Shown piece after piece: positions 48,959-58,974 of a DNA stretch of 64,000 nt. The notes below the pieces were generated by a model. It was not told the DNA's origin. It searched no databases and saw nothing but the letters and a program-made list of their open reading frames with translations. The position numbers were made by a program, and so were the translations under genes. Source of the stretch: Gemmatimonadales bacterium (GTDB lineage Bacteria > Gemmatimonadota > Gemmatimonadetes > Gemmatimonadales > GWC2-71-9); contig JACKDA010000003.1 of NCBI GenBank assembly GCA_020633775.1, positions 87,211 through 151,210 of the forward strand. Reading direction: 5' to 3'. Positions within the stretch are counted from its first letter, which is position 1; each line of letters opens with the position of its first letter.

Positions 48959-51616
48959 TCACGGCAGCCGGAGCGTGTCCCCAACGACGGTGAGGATGGC
49001 GCGACCACGCGCTTCGCGACTCGACGGCCCGACCGTGAGCCGGAACGCACCGGGTTCCACCACGCGCTGCAGGTCGGCATCGAGCAGGGCGAGGTCGTCG
49101 GGACCCAGCATCCAGGTCACCTCGCGCGACTGCCCCGGCGCGAGGGTCACCTTGGCGAAGCGCAGGAGACGCAGCACCGGCTGGGCCACCGACGCCAGCT
49201 CGTCGCGCAGGTAGAGCTGGACCACCTCCGACCCGGTCCGCGCACCGGTGTTGGTGATGGTCACCGCGACGCGCACCGAGTCACCCGGCCCCACGCTGTC
49301 CACCGGGAGCGTCAGCTCGCCGTACTCGAAGCTGGTGTACCCGAGCCCAAACCCGAACGGGAACGCCGGCCGACCGCTCAAGTCGAGATAGTCATCGCCA
49401 CGGCCGGTCGGCTTGTGACCGTAGAAGAGCGGCAACTGCCCCTCGTCGCGCGGGAACGTGATCGGCAACCGACCACTCGGCTCCAGGTCGCCGCGCAGCA
49501 CGTCGGCGAGCGCCGCGCCGCCCTGCTCCCCGGGATACCACGCCATCAGCACCGCGGCGACGTCGTCGCCCCACTCGTCGAGCGTGAACGGCGCCCCGCC
49601 CACCACCACCACGATCACCGGCGTCCCGGTCGCCGCAACCCGGCGAATCAGCTCCGGCTGTCGCCCCGGCAAGGCGAGCGAGGCCCGATCGCGAAACTCG
49701 CCCTCCTCGAGCCCCGCCACCACGATCGCGAGATCACTCCCACGCGCCGCCTCGACCGCCTCGGCGATCGCCCGCTCCTGCGCCGCCGGCTCGTCGCCCT
49801 GCCACGCCAACCGGATGCGCCCGTTGCCGGTGGTCTCGCGGAATTCGAGCCGGACCTTGTGGACGGTTCCTGCCGGAAGGGCTGTCCCGACCGGATGCAA
49901 CCCGTGGGACACCTGCGCCCAGCGGTCGAGCACGAGCACATCGTCGATCCAGAGCCGGAAGCCGTCGTCGCCCTCGACCGCGAGGCGACGGGGCCCGTCC
50001 GCAGGAACCACGACCTCACCGACCCAGCGCACGGCATACCAGTCGATCGGGAGCCCCGGCGCCGGCGGGACGAAGGTCCAGTGGAAGTCGACTTTGGGAT
50101 CGGCACGGGTGGCGGTCGGTTGACCAGAGATCTCAGGCGAAGCGAAGTAGCTGCCACTCAGCCCGGGCACCACACGCCCGTCACGCGTGGTGCGGAGCGC
50201 CGAGGCGGGCACGGTGGGCCACGCTTGATTCTCCCGTCCCGGCCCCTCGGTGAACGTCACCGTTCCGGTCGGCAGGTGCCCGCGCCACGCGTCGAGGAAC
50301 GAGACCGGCGCGACACCCGGCCCGCTGTAGCCGCCGAGTCGCGGTGTCGCGGCGTCGGGTCCGATCACCGCAATCCGCCGTGGTGCCTCGACCAGCGGCA
50401 GGATCCCGCGCGGATTGGTCAGCAGCACCATCCCCGCCGCGGCGGCCTCGCGCGCCAATGCCAGGTGCTCGGCGCGACCGTTCCACGCCGCCGCGCTGTC
50501 GGGATCGGCATACGGCTGCTCGAACAGGCCCAGCCGGAACTTGGTGCGGAGCACCCGCGCCACCGCGCGGTCGATCAGCGCATCGGGCACGCTGCCGTCG
50601 GTGAACGCGCGCAACCACGGCCGATGCTGCTCCCACGAGGATTGGAACACCACGTCGAGACCGGCGGCGAGCGCGCGGCGCGCCGAGGTGGCGACCGACG
50701 CCTCGGTCCGGTGGAGGACCGTGGCGCCGGCGGTGGCGGCCGCGTCGGAGATCACGATCCCGTCGAACCCCCACCGGTCCCGCAGCACCTCGGTGAGCAG
50801 GTAGCCATTCTGCGAGGCCGGCAGGCCGTCGACCGAGTTGTAGGCGCTCATCACCGACCGGGCCCCGCCCCGATGGATCGCGGCCTCGAACGGCGGGAAC
50901 CAGACCTCGCGGAGCTGGCGCTCGCTCGCCTCGATCGGCCACGAGTCGCGCCCCCCGTCGCCGACGTTGGCGACGAAGTGCTTCGGCGTGGTCACCACCC
51001 CCGCGCGCTCGAATGGCGAGACGAACGCCACGCCCAGCGCCGCGGCGAGCACCGGGTCCTCGCCGTAACTCTCCTCGGTGCGACCCCAGCGGGCATCCCG
51101 GCTGAGGTTCACCACCGGCGAGAGCACCTGCCGGATGCCGCGACTCCGCGTCTCCCGGCTTATCGCCCCGGCAACGCGGCCGACCAGCGCGGTGTCCCAC
51201 GTCGCGGCGAGGGCGATCGCCTGCGGGAACGCGGTCGCGCCGGGTCGCATCAGGCCGTGCAGCGCCTCGTCGAACGGCAGGAACGGGATCCCGAGCCGGG
51301 TGCTGTCGACGAAGTAGTGCTGGATCGCGTTGAGCCGGGCCGCGTGGGCGGCCGCGGCGTCGGCGGTCGAGTCCGTCGCGACGACCTGGAGGCCGAAGAC
51401 CCCGGCCCGGTAGTCGTGGGACGGATCATCGCGGTCGCCGGGCAGCATGAACAGCTGCCAGAACTTCTCGGCCGGCGTCATCCGGCCGAGCAGGTCGGCC
51501 ACCCGTGCCTCGACCGGCGCGGCGGCATCGCGATACGGGGCCCCAACGACCTGCGCGCCGCCCACCGCGGGAGCGGCGAGCAGCGCGCAGGCGAGGCCGA
51601 GCGTCCGGCGGGTCAT
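48959..51616 (-). CDS. Secreted GH3 beta-glucosidase-type glycoside hydrolase with an inserted PA14 domain
   Basis: Signal peptide, GH3 N-terminal and C-terminal domain sequence (GIVISDAAA nucleophile region) and a PA14-like segment (YFASPEISGQP...RWVGEVVVP...FRLWIDD). 885 aa. Confidence 0.88.
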   Translation of the reverse strand: MTRRTLGLACALLAAPAVGGAQVVGAPYRDAAAPVEARVADLLGRMTPAEKFWQLFMLPGDRDDPSHDYRAGVFGLQVVATDSTADAAAAHAARLNAIQHYFVDSTRLGIPFLPFDEALHGLMRPGATAFPQAIALAATWDTALVGRVAGAISRETRSRGIRQVLSPVVNLSRDARWGRTEESYGEDPVLAAALGVAFVSPFERAGVVTTPKHFVANVGDGGRDSWPIEASERQLREVWFPPFEAAIHRGGARSVMSAYNSVDGLPASQNGYLLTEVLRDRWGFDGIVISDAAATAGATVLHRTEASVATSARRALAAGLDVVFQSSWEQHRPWLRAFTDGSVPDALIDRAVARVLRTKFRLGLFEQPYADPDSAAAWNGRAEHLALAREAAAAGMVLLTNPRGILPLVEAPRRIAVIGPDAATPRLGGYSGPGVAPVSFLDAWRGHLPTGTVTFTEGPGRENQAWPTVPASALRTTRDGRVVPGLSGSYFASPEISGQPTATRADPKVDFHWTFVPPAPGLPIDWYAVRWVGEVVVPADGPRRLAVEGDDGFRLWIDDVLVLDRWAQVSHGLHPVGTALPAGTVHKVRLEFRETTGNGRIRLAWQGDEPAAQERAIAEAVEAARGSDLAIVVAGLEEGEFRDRASLALPGRQPELIRRVAATGTPVIVVVVGGAPFTLDEWGDDVAAVLMAWYPGEQGGAALADVLRGDLEPSGRLPITFPRDEGQLPLFYGHKPTGRGDDYLDLSGRPAFPFGFGLGYTSFEYGELTLPVDSVGPGDSVRVAVTITNTGARTGSEVVQLYLRDELASVAQPVLRLLRFAKVTLAPGQSREVTWMLGPDDLALLDADLQRVVEPGAFRLTVGPSSREARGRAILTVVGDTLRLP

Positions 51617-51626
51617 CCGACCGGCG

Positions 51627-53726
51627 TCAGCTGGCCATCTTGAGCGGCTGCATCACCAGGTTCTCGATGAAGAACTCCATCATGCGCTGGCCGTTGAGGC
51701 CGGAGTGCCCGGCATCCGGGCCCACCTGCACGTCGAAGCTCTTGCCGGCCTGCTGCAGCGACTTGATGAGCTGCATCATGTTCGACGGGTGCACGTTGTC
51801 ATCGGCCGTGCCGTAGTAGAGCATCAGGCGGCCATCGAGGTCCTTGGCATACTTCATCGCGTCGCCGTGCTCGTAGCCGGCCTTGTTGCCCTGCGGCGTC
51901 CACATGTAGCGCTCGGTGTAGATCGTGTCGTAGTGGTACCACGACGTCACCGGCGACGAGGCCGACGCGGCCGCGAACGCCTCCGGATGCCGGAGCAGCG
52001 CCAGCGCCGAGGCGTAGCCGCCGTACGAGGTCCCGAAGATCCCCACCCGCTCGCCGTCCACGTAGGGACGCTTGGCCAGCGTGAGCGAGGCCGCCGCCAT
52101 GTCATCGATCTCGGGACCACCGAGGTTCTGGTAGATCGCATCGAGGAACCGCTTGCCGCGACCGGCCGCGCTGCGGGTGTCCAGCGTCACGACCAGGAAG
52201 CCGTACTCGGTCATCGGGTTCGGGGTCGTGTACCGCTCGCTCGCCCCGTTGGTCGCCGGGCCACCGTACACCGAGAAGAGCACCGGGTACTTCCGGTTCG
52301 GGTCGAAGTTCGACGGGAAGTGCAGCATCCCGTGGAGTTCGGTCTCGCCGTCGGCCGAGGTGTAGGTGAACAGCTCGACCGGGCGCACCCCGAGCGCCCG
52401 CGCCTCCGAATCGTCACTCTCGGCGAGCGTGGCGAGGACCCGGCCGTTCTGGTCGAGCAGGCGGGTGACCGGCGGCGTGTCGTGGGTCTGGGCGACATCG
52501 ATGATGTGCTTGCCGTCCGGGGCGATCGTGACCGTGTGCAGGAACGCCGGGTCGGTGAGGCGACGATCGTTCTTGCCGTCAAGCCCGACGCGGTGGAGCT
52601 GCAGCTTCATGTAGTTGTCGCCGCTGCGGGCATAGTACCAGAGCTGCTTCGCCTTCTCGTCCACCCGCACGATCCCGGCGACCTCGAACGGATGGTTGGT
52701 GAGCGTCGCCAGCAGCTTGCCGCTGATGTCGTAGAGGTAGTAGTTCTGGAACCCGGTCCGCTCCGACTCCCAGATGAACCGCTTGCCATCCTCCAGCCAC
52801 TGGATCGTGGGCGAGTTGTCGGTCCACGACGCCGGCCACTCCTCCCGCACGATCACGCGGCACGCGCCGGTGCCCGGGGCGCAGGCGGTGAACTCCATGA
52901 TGTTCTGGCGCCGATTGGTCCGGTTGAACAGCAGCTCGGAGCCATCGGGCGACCAGCGCACGTTGTAGACGTAGTACCCGACGACGTCGTCGGCCGACGG
53001 CGTGCCGTCGCGCACGTCGACCTGGGTGGTCTTCCCCGAGGCCACGTCATAGACGAAGAGGTCCACGACCGGGTTGTCCGTCCCGGCCTTCGGGTACGCC
53101 TCGGTCATCACCTCGCCATAGAGCTCGGTCTGGTCCATCTGCAGGAAGTAGTCCTGCACCGGGCCCTCGTCGAAGCGGTAGTAGGCGAGCTTGGTCCCGT
53201 CCGGCGACCACCACATCGCGGTGGTCTGCCGGAGCTCCTCGCCATAGACCCAGCTCGCCGTGCCGTACTTGATCCGCCGCTCGGCGCTGCCGTCGGAGGT
53301 CAGCGGCCGCTCGCCGGTGGAGTCGGCGTTGCTGAGCCAGAGGTTGCGGTCACGGTAGAACGCCCGCAGCGACGAATCGGGCGAGAGCGCCTCGGTCGCC
53401 TGCCGCCCGCGCGCCGGGCCACCCCGCCGCCCGGCGAACCGGTTCGCGGGCCCCTCCTCGCCCTGCACCTCCGTCGCGGTCTTGCGCCCCACATCGTAGC
53501 TGTAGCGCTTGCCGTCCCGGGAGTACGTGAAGCTCTTGCCGTCCTCGGCCCATTCGGCCCGCAGCTCGCCGCGGGTCACCGAGCGGGCGATCTTCGGCGC
53601 CATCTCCGCGTAGCGGGCGTAGCCGGGCATCTGCTTGAGCCGGTCCTGCGCCGGCAGGGTGACGACGAGGCCCCCGAGCACGACCAGGGTGGCGGGAACG
53701 AGCGTACGTGGGATCCGGAGGGACAC
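51627..53726 (-). CDS. Dipeptidyl-peptidase IV (S9B prolyl oligopeptidase family)
   Basis: DPP-IV N-terminal propeller sequence and the catalytic GTSYGGY. Start moved to the GTG at 53726 (GGAG 8 nt upstream; good signal peptide), because a terminator-like hairpin lies within the longer track ORF. Confidence 0.85.
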   Translation of the reverse strand: MSLRIPRTLVPATLVVLGGLVVTLPAQDRLKQMPGYARYAEMAPKIARSVTRGELRAEWAEDGKSFTYSRDGKRYSYDVGRKTATEVQGEEGPANRFAGRRGGPARGRQATEALSPDSSLRAFYRDRNLWLSNADSTGERPLTSDGSAERRIKYGTASWVYGEELRQTTAMWWSPDGTKLAYYRFDEGPVQDYFLQMDQTELYGEVMTEAYPKAGTDNPVVDLFVYDVASGKTTQVDVRDGTPSADDVVGYYVYNVRWSPDGSELLFNRTNRRQNIMEFTACAPGTGACRVIVREEWPASWTDNSPTIQWLEDGKRFIWESERTGFQNYYLYDISGKLLATLTNHPFEVAGIVRVDEKAKQLWYYARSGDNYMKLQLHRVGLDGKNDRRLTDPAFLHTVTIAPDGKHIIDVAQTHDTPPVTRLLDQNGRVLATLAESDDSEARALGVRPVELFTYTSADGETELHGMLHFPSNFDPNRKYPVLFSVYGGPATNGASERYTTPNPMTEYGFLVVTLDTRSAAGRGKRFLDAIYQNLGGPEIDDMAAASLTLAKRPYVDGERVGIFGTSYGGYASALALLRHPEAFAAASASSPVTSWYHYDTIYTERYMWTPQGNKAGYEHGDAMKYAKDLDGRLMLYYGTADDNVHPSNMMQLIKSLQQAGKSFDVQVGPDAGHSGLNGQRMMEFFIENLVMQPLKMAS

Positions 53727-53785
53727 GGGCAAGGCTCCGAGGAGATGGGAACGGACTGGGGATGACTCCCTGATACGCAGGCGGC

Positions 53786-53811
53786 GCCGCCGAGGTTGCA
53801 CCCTCGGCGGC
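53786..53811 (-). terminator. Hairpin downstream of the peroxiredoxin gene (GCCGCCGAGG-ttgcac-CCTCGGCGGC)
   Basis: Perfect 10-bp stem read from the sequence. Confidence 0.45.
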
Positions 53812-53825
53812 CCGCCCGTCGGCGG

Positions 53826-54368
53826 CTATCGCGCGGCGGCCACGGCGGCCTGGAGTTCGTCGTAGGCGGTCGGATCGACCTCGCGGAAGGGCCGCATGAC
53901 GCTCCGCACGGTCCGCGACGGGTCGATCACGAAGAGCACCCGGGATTCCCACTGGCGCCCTTCCGCCAGGGTCCCGAAGGCACGCCCGGCCACCCCCTCG
54001 ACGTCGGAGCCGAACCAGAACGGGAACTGCTCGTCCCTTGCCCAGCTCGCCAGCTCCTCCGGCGTGTCACGCGAGATCGCGATGACCACGACGTCCTTGC
54101 CGTCGCCGAAGAGGCGCTGGTACTGGTCGCGATACGCCTTCATCTGGATGGTGCAGCCGGAGGTGCGCGCCTTGGGGAAGAACGCCAGGACCACCGTCTT
54201 CCCCGCGAGCGAGCGGAGGGAGACCGAATCCTGCACGCCGTCCCGGGTCGCGATCCGGAGCGTGACGTCGGGCGCGGTCTCGCCGACCGCGGGACCCTGG
54301 GCGGCGACCAGCGCCGGCGCACCCGCCAGCGCGAACGCAACGACGGTGCGACGCATCAACGATGACAT
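53826..54368 (-). CDS. Secreted thiol peroxidase / peroxiredoxin (Bcp/AhpC-TSA family)
   Basis: Signal peptide and FFPKARTSGCT active-site motif. AGGAG 8 nt upstream of ATG 54368. Confidence 0.85.
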   Translation of the reverse strand: MSSLMRRTVVAFALAGAPALVAAQGPAVGETAPDVTLRIATRDGVQDSVSLRSLAGKTVVLAFFPKARTSGCTIQMKAYRDQYQRLFGDGKDVVVIAISRDTPEELASWARDEQFPFWFGSDVEGVAGRAFGTLAEGRQWESRVLFVIDPSRTVRSVMRPFREVDPTAYDELQAAVAAAR

Positions 54369-54379
54369 GCGGGGGACTC

Positions 54380-55609
54380 CTACCGGGCTCGGGTGACCCG
54401 CCAGACCTTCCCGGCCTGGTCGGAGGTGATGTACACGGCGCCGTCGGGCGCGACCGCGACGCCGGCCGCCCGCAGCCCCGTCGCCGACTCGGCGTCGATG
54501 GCGAAGGTCGACCACTCGCCGGTCGGCTGGCCGTTGGCGAAGGGGATGAACACGACCCGGAACCCGGCCTGCGGCAGCGGGGCACGGTTCCACGAGCCGT
54601 GGAAGGCGAGGAACGCGCCACCGCGGTACGCCGGTCCGAAGGTGTCGTGCGGATAGAACGCCAGCGCCATCGGCGCCCAGTGCCCGGGGAAGCCGATCGC
54701 CGGCTGGGTCTTGCTGGCGCACTCGTCCTGGCGGACGCCATCGCCGCCGTACTCGGGCGCGAGGACCTTCTTCTTCGCGATCGGATCGTGATAGCAGTAG
54801 GGCCAGCCGTAGTCGGCGCCCTGCGGAATCGGCCCGAACTCCTCGGACGGCTTCTCGGCGCTGTCCTCGTTCGAGAAGCCCCAGAGCGCGGCAAGCTGGT
54901 CGCGGCCGTGCGTCGCGCCCCAGAGCAGGCCGGTCGACGGGTTCACGGCCAGCGCCATCGCATTGCGGAGGCCGGTGGCCCAGCGGGTGCCATCGCTCGG
55001 CGTCTGGCCCGGCTGCATCGCATCGTAGCGCCAGACACCGGCGCGGGTCGGCAGCTCCGGGCACGGCCGCACGCCCGGCGAGCGGGCCGTGCGCGTCTCC
55101 TCCATGCAGGCATTGCTGCGCGAGCCGTGATCGACGTACATCGCACCGCCGGGCCCGAGGGCCAGCGTCGTCGCGCTGTGGCCGCCCGTCGGCAACCCGG
55201 TCACGATCTCGACCCCGTCACCCGACGGCGCGAGCTCACCCGCCCGCCGCGCGTAGCGCACGATCCGATCGTTGAGCCCGAAGTACACGGCGTTGTCCGA
55301 CACCGCGACGCCGGTGCCCGCTCCCGGGCCGAACTGCTCGCGCGCATCGGCGTGGCCGTCGCCGTCGGCGTCGCGCAGGGCCGTCACCCCGCCACCGCTC
55401 CGGCTGCTCGAGGCGACATACACCACGCCATCGGGCGACACCGCCACGTGGCGTGCCCCACCCACCTCGGCGAAGAGCGTGGCACAGAAGCCGTCGGGCA
55501 GCTTGAGGCCGGCATTGTCGGGATCGCAGGCCACCGGGGCCTGGCGGAACCCGAGGAGCCCGAGCAGACCGGCGACGGGCGCGAGGACGAGGAGGCGGGA
55601 GACCTTCAT
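54380..55609 (-). CDS. PQQ-dependent sugar (sorbosone/glucose) dehydrogenase-like beta-propeller protein
   Basis: Signal peptide and propeller repeats with segments typical of the soluble aldose dehydrogenase family (GWPYCY, FHGSWNR). Recognised by eye. Confidence 0.65.
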   Translation of the reverse strand: MKVSRLLVLAPVAGLLGLLGFRQAPVACDPDNAGLKLPDGFCATLFAEVGGARHVAVSPDGVVYVASSSRSGGGVTALRDADGDGHADAREQFGPGAGTGVAVSDNAVYFGLNDRIVRYARRAGELAPSGDGVEIVTGLPTGGHSATTLALGPGGAMYVDHGSRSNACMEETRTARSPGVRPCPELPTRAGVWRYDAMQPGQTPSDGTRWATGLRNAMALAVNPSTGLLWGATHGRDQLAALWGFSNEDSAEKPSEEFGPIPQGADYGWPYCYHDPIAKKKVLAPEYGGDGVRQDECASKTQPAIGFPGHWAPMALAFYPHDTFGPAYRGGAFLAFHGSWNRAPLPQAGFRVVFIPFANGQPTGEWSTFAIDAESATGLRAAGVAVAPDGAVYITSDQAGKVWRVTRAR

Positions 55610-55681
55610 GGACACCTTCCGGGAACACGAGTCGGGGGAGCCCCGCGGCGCGGGGCGGACCCCCGAAGTATAAGAGCGGGG

Positions 55682-56986
55682 TCAGGGGCCGCCGAGGTCG
55701 CCCGGGAGCCGGGGCGACGCGAGGAGCGTGGCGAAGGCGCGCCACCGGGCGTCCGGGTCCTCGCCGCCCTGGCGCTCGACCCAGGCGGCCACCATGTCGC
55801 GCCCGAGGTTGTAGTTGATCACGTAGCTGCGGTACTGCTGGATGAACCGGAGCGTCTTGGCGGCCGCGTCGGGCGCCTGGAGCCAGTAGCGCTCCATCGC
55901 CGCCACCGCCCCCGCGCTGTCGACCACGCCGTCGAGATACCGGCGTGCCACCTCGTTGCGGGCGTAGTTGAGCGCGGTCATCACGTCGCGCACGGCGGCG
56001 TTCTGCTCGGCCAGCGCCGGGTCGAGCCCGGCGAGCGGGAACAGCGAGTCGCGCTCGAACGCGGTGCGCGCCGCGCCGGGGAACGCCATCTCGATGCCGT
56101 AGTTGGCGCTCCCCTCCGCGATCAGCGACTGCGGCGAGAAGAGCGGATAGACGCTCACCTCGACCCACCCCCTCCCCTTCACCAGCGCCTCCTCCAGCGA
56201 GGCGTTGTAGACGTGATGGCCCGGATACCCCTCGTGGCAGGCGAGGTCGATCGCGCGATCGACGGCGATCGGGAAGTCGAGGTTGACCTGGATCAGCGAG
56301 TGGTCGTTGCCCTGGTACCAGTTGTAGGCGTTCCACGAGGTGCCGGTGACGTACTCCAGGTCGAACCGCTCGCTCGCCGGCAGGGCGATGTGCGCGAGGG
56401 TGCGCGCCCGGCAGGCCGCGATCGCCGTCTTGAACACGGTGTCGACCAGCGCGGGCGGGATCTCCACCCTGCCGCGGAACGCCTGATAGCGCGCGGCCAG
56501 CGGCCCGGCGCCCGGGACGAGGGTGTCGAGCACCGCGAGCAGCGAATCGAAGTGGGCGTCCGACAGGTGCGGCGGCTCGGCGTCGTAGAGCGCCTTCGCC
56601 TCCTCGTCAAAGGAGAGCGTCTCGCCCGCGAGCATCCGGGCACGGGCCACCATCGAGCCGAGCTGGGTGCGGAGGTAACGGTGCCGCATCTGCACCAGCG
56701 TGTCGGTGTAGGCGGGGACGGTGTCGCCGAGGATGGCGATCAGCGAATCCGCCGCGGCCCGGATGGCGGCCACGGGGAGCGAATCGGCGTCGGCGACCGC
56801 CTTGAGGCTGTCGGGACCGTAGTAGGCATCGACGTAGGCCGGATCGTGGTGGCCCATCGACAGCGCCAGCACCACGTACTCGCGGGCGATCGGGTCGAGG
56901 GCAGCCGGGTCGGGCGCCTCGGGGGCGCCGGGCGAACAGGCGACGGACAAGGCGGCGAGCGGGATGCAGCGGATCAGGGCGCGCAT
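55682..56986 (-). CDS. DUF885-family lipoprotein
   Basis: Lipobox LSVACS and CHEGYPGHHV, typical of DUF885. Start at MRALIRC (codon 13 of the track ORF). Confidence 0.6.
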   Translation of the reverse strand: MRALIRCIPLAALSVACSPGAPEAPDPAALDPIAREYVVLALSMGHHDPAYVDAYYGPDSLKAVADADSLPVAAIRAAADSLIAILGDTVPAYTDTLVQMRHRYLRTQLGSMVARARMLAGETLSFDEEAKALYDAEPPHLSDAHFDSLLAVLDTLVPGAGPLAARYQAFRGRVEIPPALVDTVFKTAIAACRARTLAHIALPASERFDLEYVTGTSWNAYNWYQGNDHSLIQVNLDFPIAVDRAIDLACHEGYPGHHVYNASLEEALVKGRGWVEVSVYPLFSPQSLIAEGSANYGIEMAFPGAARTAFERDSLFPLAGLDPALAEQNAAVRDVMTALNYARNEVARRYLDGVVDSAGAVAAMERYWLQAPDAAAKTLRFIQQYRSYVINYNLGRDMVAAWVERQGGEDPDARWRAFATLLASPRLPGDLGGP

Positions 56987-57127
56987 GGGGACCTCCGTGG
57001 GGACGGGGGGAATGGTAATCACCGCGCCCCCCGCAGCCGGTGCCCGCCGATCGCAATGGCCGGCATCGCGTGATGCAGGCCCCCCACACCGGCGCCCCCC
57101 GACCGCACGGGCCGGCCACCGAATGAT

Positions 57128-57204
57128 GCCGGCGACCTGACGGTCGCCGGCTAACGTGCGGGACCCCGCCGTTACGCGCGACCGTCAGGTCGCGCGTCCC
57201 GCAC
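57128..57204. repeat. Pair of related 24-nt perfect hairpins in inverted orientation upstream of the RAYT gene
   Basis: H1 at 57128..57151 is GCCGGCGACC-TGAC-GGTCGCCGGC. H2 at 57174..57197 is ACGCGCGACC-GTCA-GGTCGCGCGT, extended by GTGCGGG/CCCGCAC at 57156..57204. They share the core GCGACC-N4-GGTCGC, and the loops are reverse complements of each other. Confidence 0.6.
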
Positions 57205-57322
57205 ACGATGCCGCCCCTCGCACCTGCGCGCACAAACCCGCCCCCGCGCTCCCGCGCATCCGCGCCACGCCATGCAGCGCATGGCCCCGCCTGCGATCCC
57301 GACTCGGCGGCACCATCGGGGC

Positions 57323-57817
57323 ATGGACGCCACCGCCAGGACTCAGCTCTTCGACACGCGACGGCCGTGGTGGCTGATGGTGACGATGAACACCTATCGG
57401 TGGCGCCGGCTCCTCTCGCGGCTGGGGACGACCGACGTGGAACCGCTCCCAGTCGGCATCGCCGTACTCGAGGCGTGGAAACGGATCCCGCAGCATCGAC
57501 CGTGGGTGCAGGCGGGGGAGCATGTGATCATGCCCGACCACTTCCATGGCATCCTGCGTTGCGGCATCGCCCCACGCGGGCGTACCGGATCGATCCGTCA
57601 CATCATCGGCGGCTTCAAGGCGGAGGCCGTGCGGCTCGCCAGGGCGAGCCGTGCGCTTGGGCGCTCCGAGCGGCTCTGGCACCGCAGCTACTACCTCGGC
57701 ATCCTCGACACCCCCGAGGCTGCACAACGGGCGGCACGATACATCCGCAACAACCCGGGCGTCGCGATCCACGCTGCTCGCCCCCACGCTCCACTTCGCC
57801 GCTACGACGCGCGCTGA
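57323..57817 (+). mobile_element. REP-associated tyrosine transposase (RAYT; IS200/Y1 HUH family) gene
   Basis: HUH motif MPDHFHGIL and the catalytic-Tyr region RYIRNNP. ~164 aa; a start at 57272 is also possible. Confidence 0.72.
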
Positions 57818-58974
57818 GCCACCACGCCCCCCGCCCGCCCCAGTCCCGCCTCGAGGTCCGCCACCAGGTCCGCTTCCGCCTCGATCCCCACCGAGAGCCG
57901 GAGCAGCGCATCCGAGATCCCGGCCCGCCGCCGCGCGTCGGCGTCCATCGCAGCGTGCGTCATCGTCGCCGGGTGGGCGACAAGCGACTCCACTCCGCCG
58001 AGCGATTCCGCGAGGGTGAAGTGTGCCAGGCCATCGAGGAATGCCTGGACCGCACGAGCCCCGCCCCGCAGCTCGAACGAGACCATCGCGCCGAACCCGT
58101 CCTGCTGTCGCCGGGCAATCGCGTGGCCCGGATGCTCCCGAAGCCCCGGATACCAGACGCGTCCGACCGCCGGATGCGAGGCCAGCGTCGCGACGACCGC
58201 GGCCGCGTTCTCCTCGTGCATCGCCGTGCGTGCATGCAGCGTCCGCAATCCGCGCAGCGTGAGGTAGCTGTCGAACGGCGCCCCGGTGAGCCCGAGACAG
58301 TTGGCCCACCACGCGAGTTCCTCGCCGAGCCCCGCATCCCGCGTCACGACCGCCCCGCCGACCACGTCGCTGTGGCCGTTGAGGTACTTCGTCGTGGAGT
58401 GCACCACGATATCGGCACCGTGGGCGATCGGCCGCTGCCACGCCGGCGACAGGAAGGTGTTGTCGACGACCACGAGGGCACCGAGGGCGCGCGCGGCGGT
58501 CGCGACCGCGGCGATGTCGGTGATCCGCAGCAGCGGATTCGACGGCGTCTCGATCCAGACGAGCTTGGGCGCGCGGGCCACCGGGGCACCGAGCCAGCGC
58601 GGCAGGTCGACGAACGCGACCTCGAACAGCCCCCGCTTCGCCAGGTGGCTGAGGAGCCGGTGCGTGCCGCCGTAGCAATCGTGCGTCGCGACGACCAGGT
58701 CGCCGGGGCGAAGCAATTGCAGCACCGTCGTGATCGCCGACATGCCCGAGCCGGTGACGATCCCGTGACTGCCGCCCTCCAGCTCGGCGATCGCCGCGCC
58801 GAGGATGTCGCGCGTCGGGTTCCCCGAGCGGGTGTAGTCGTAGCGACCCTTCTGGCCGAAGCCGTCGAACGCGAACGTCGACGACAGGTGCAGCGGCGGC
58901 ACGACGGCCCCGTGCTCGTGCCCGGTCGCGATCCCGGCGCGGACCGCGCGTGTCCGTCCCTGGTCATGCCGCAC
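57802..58974 (-). CDS. PLP-dependent cystathionine gamma-synthase / O-acylhomoserine thiol-lyase family enzyme
   Basis: HSTTKYLNGHSD PLP-lysine motif. 390 aa. GTG start overlapping the metX stop. Confidence 0.85.
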   Translation of the reverse strand: MRHDQGRTRAVRAGIATGHEHGAVVPPLHLSSTFAFDGFGQKGRYDYTRSGNPTRDILGAAIAELEGGSHGIVTGSGMSAITTVLQLLRPGDLVVATHDCYGGTHRLLSHLAKRGLFEVAFVDLPRWLGAPVARAPKLVWIETPSNPLLRITDIAAVATAARALGALVVVDNTFLSPAWQRPIAHGADIVVHSTTKYLNGHSDVVGGAVVTRDAGLGEELAWWANCLGLTGAPFDSYLTLRGLRTLHARTAMHEENAAAVVATLASHPAVGRVWYPGLREHPGHAIARRQQDGFGAMVSFELRGGARAVQAFLDGLAHFTLAESLGGVESLVAHPATMTHAAMDADARRRAGISDALLRLSVGIEAEADLVADLEAGLGRAGGVVAQRAS

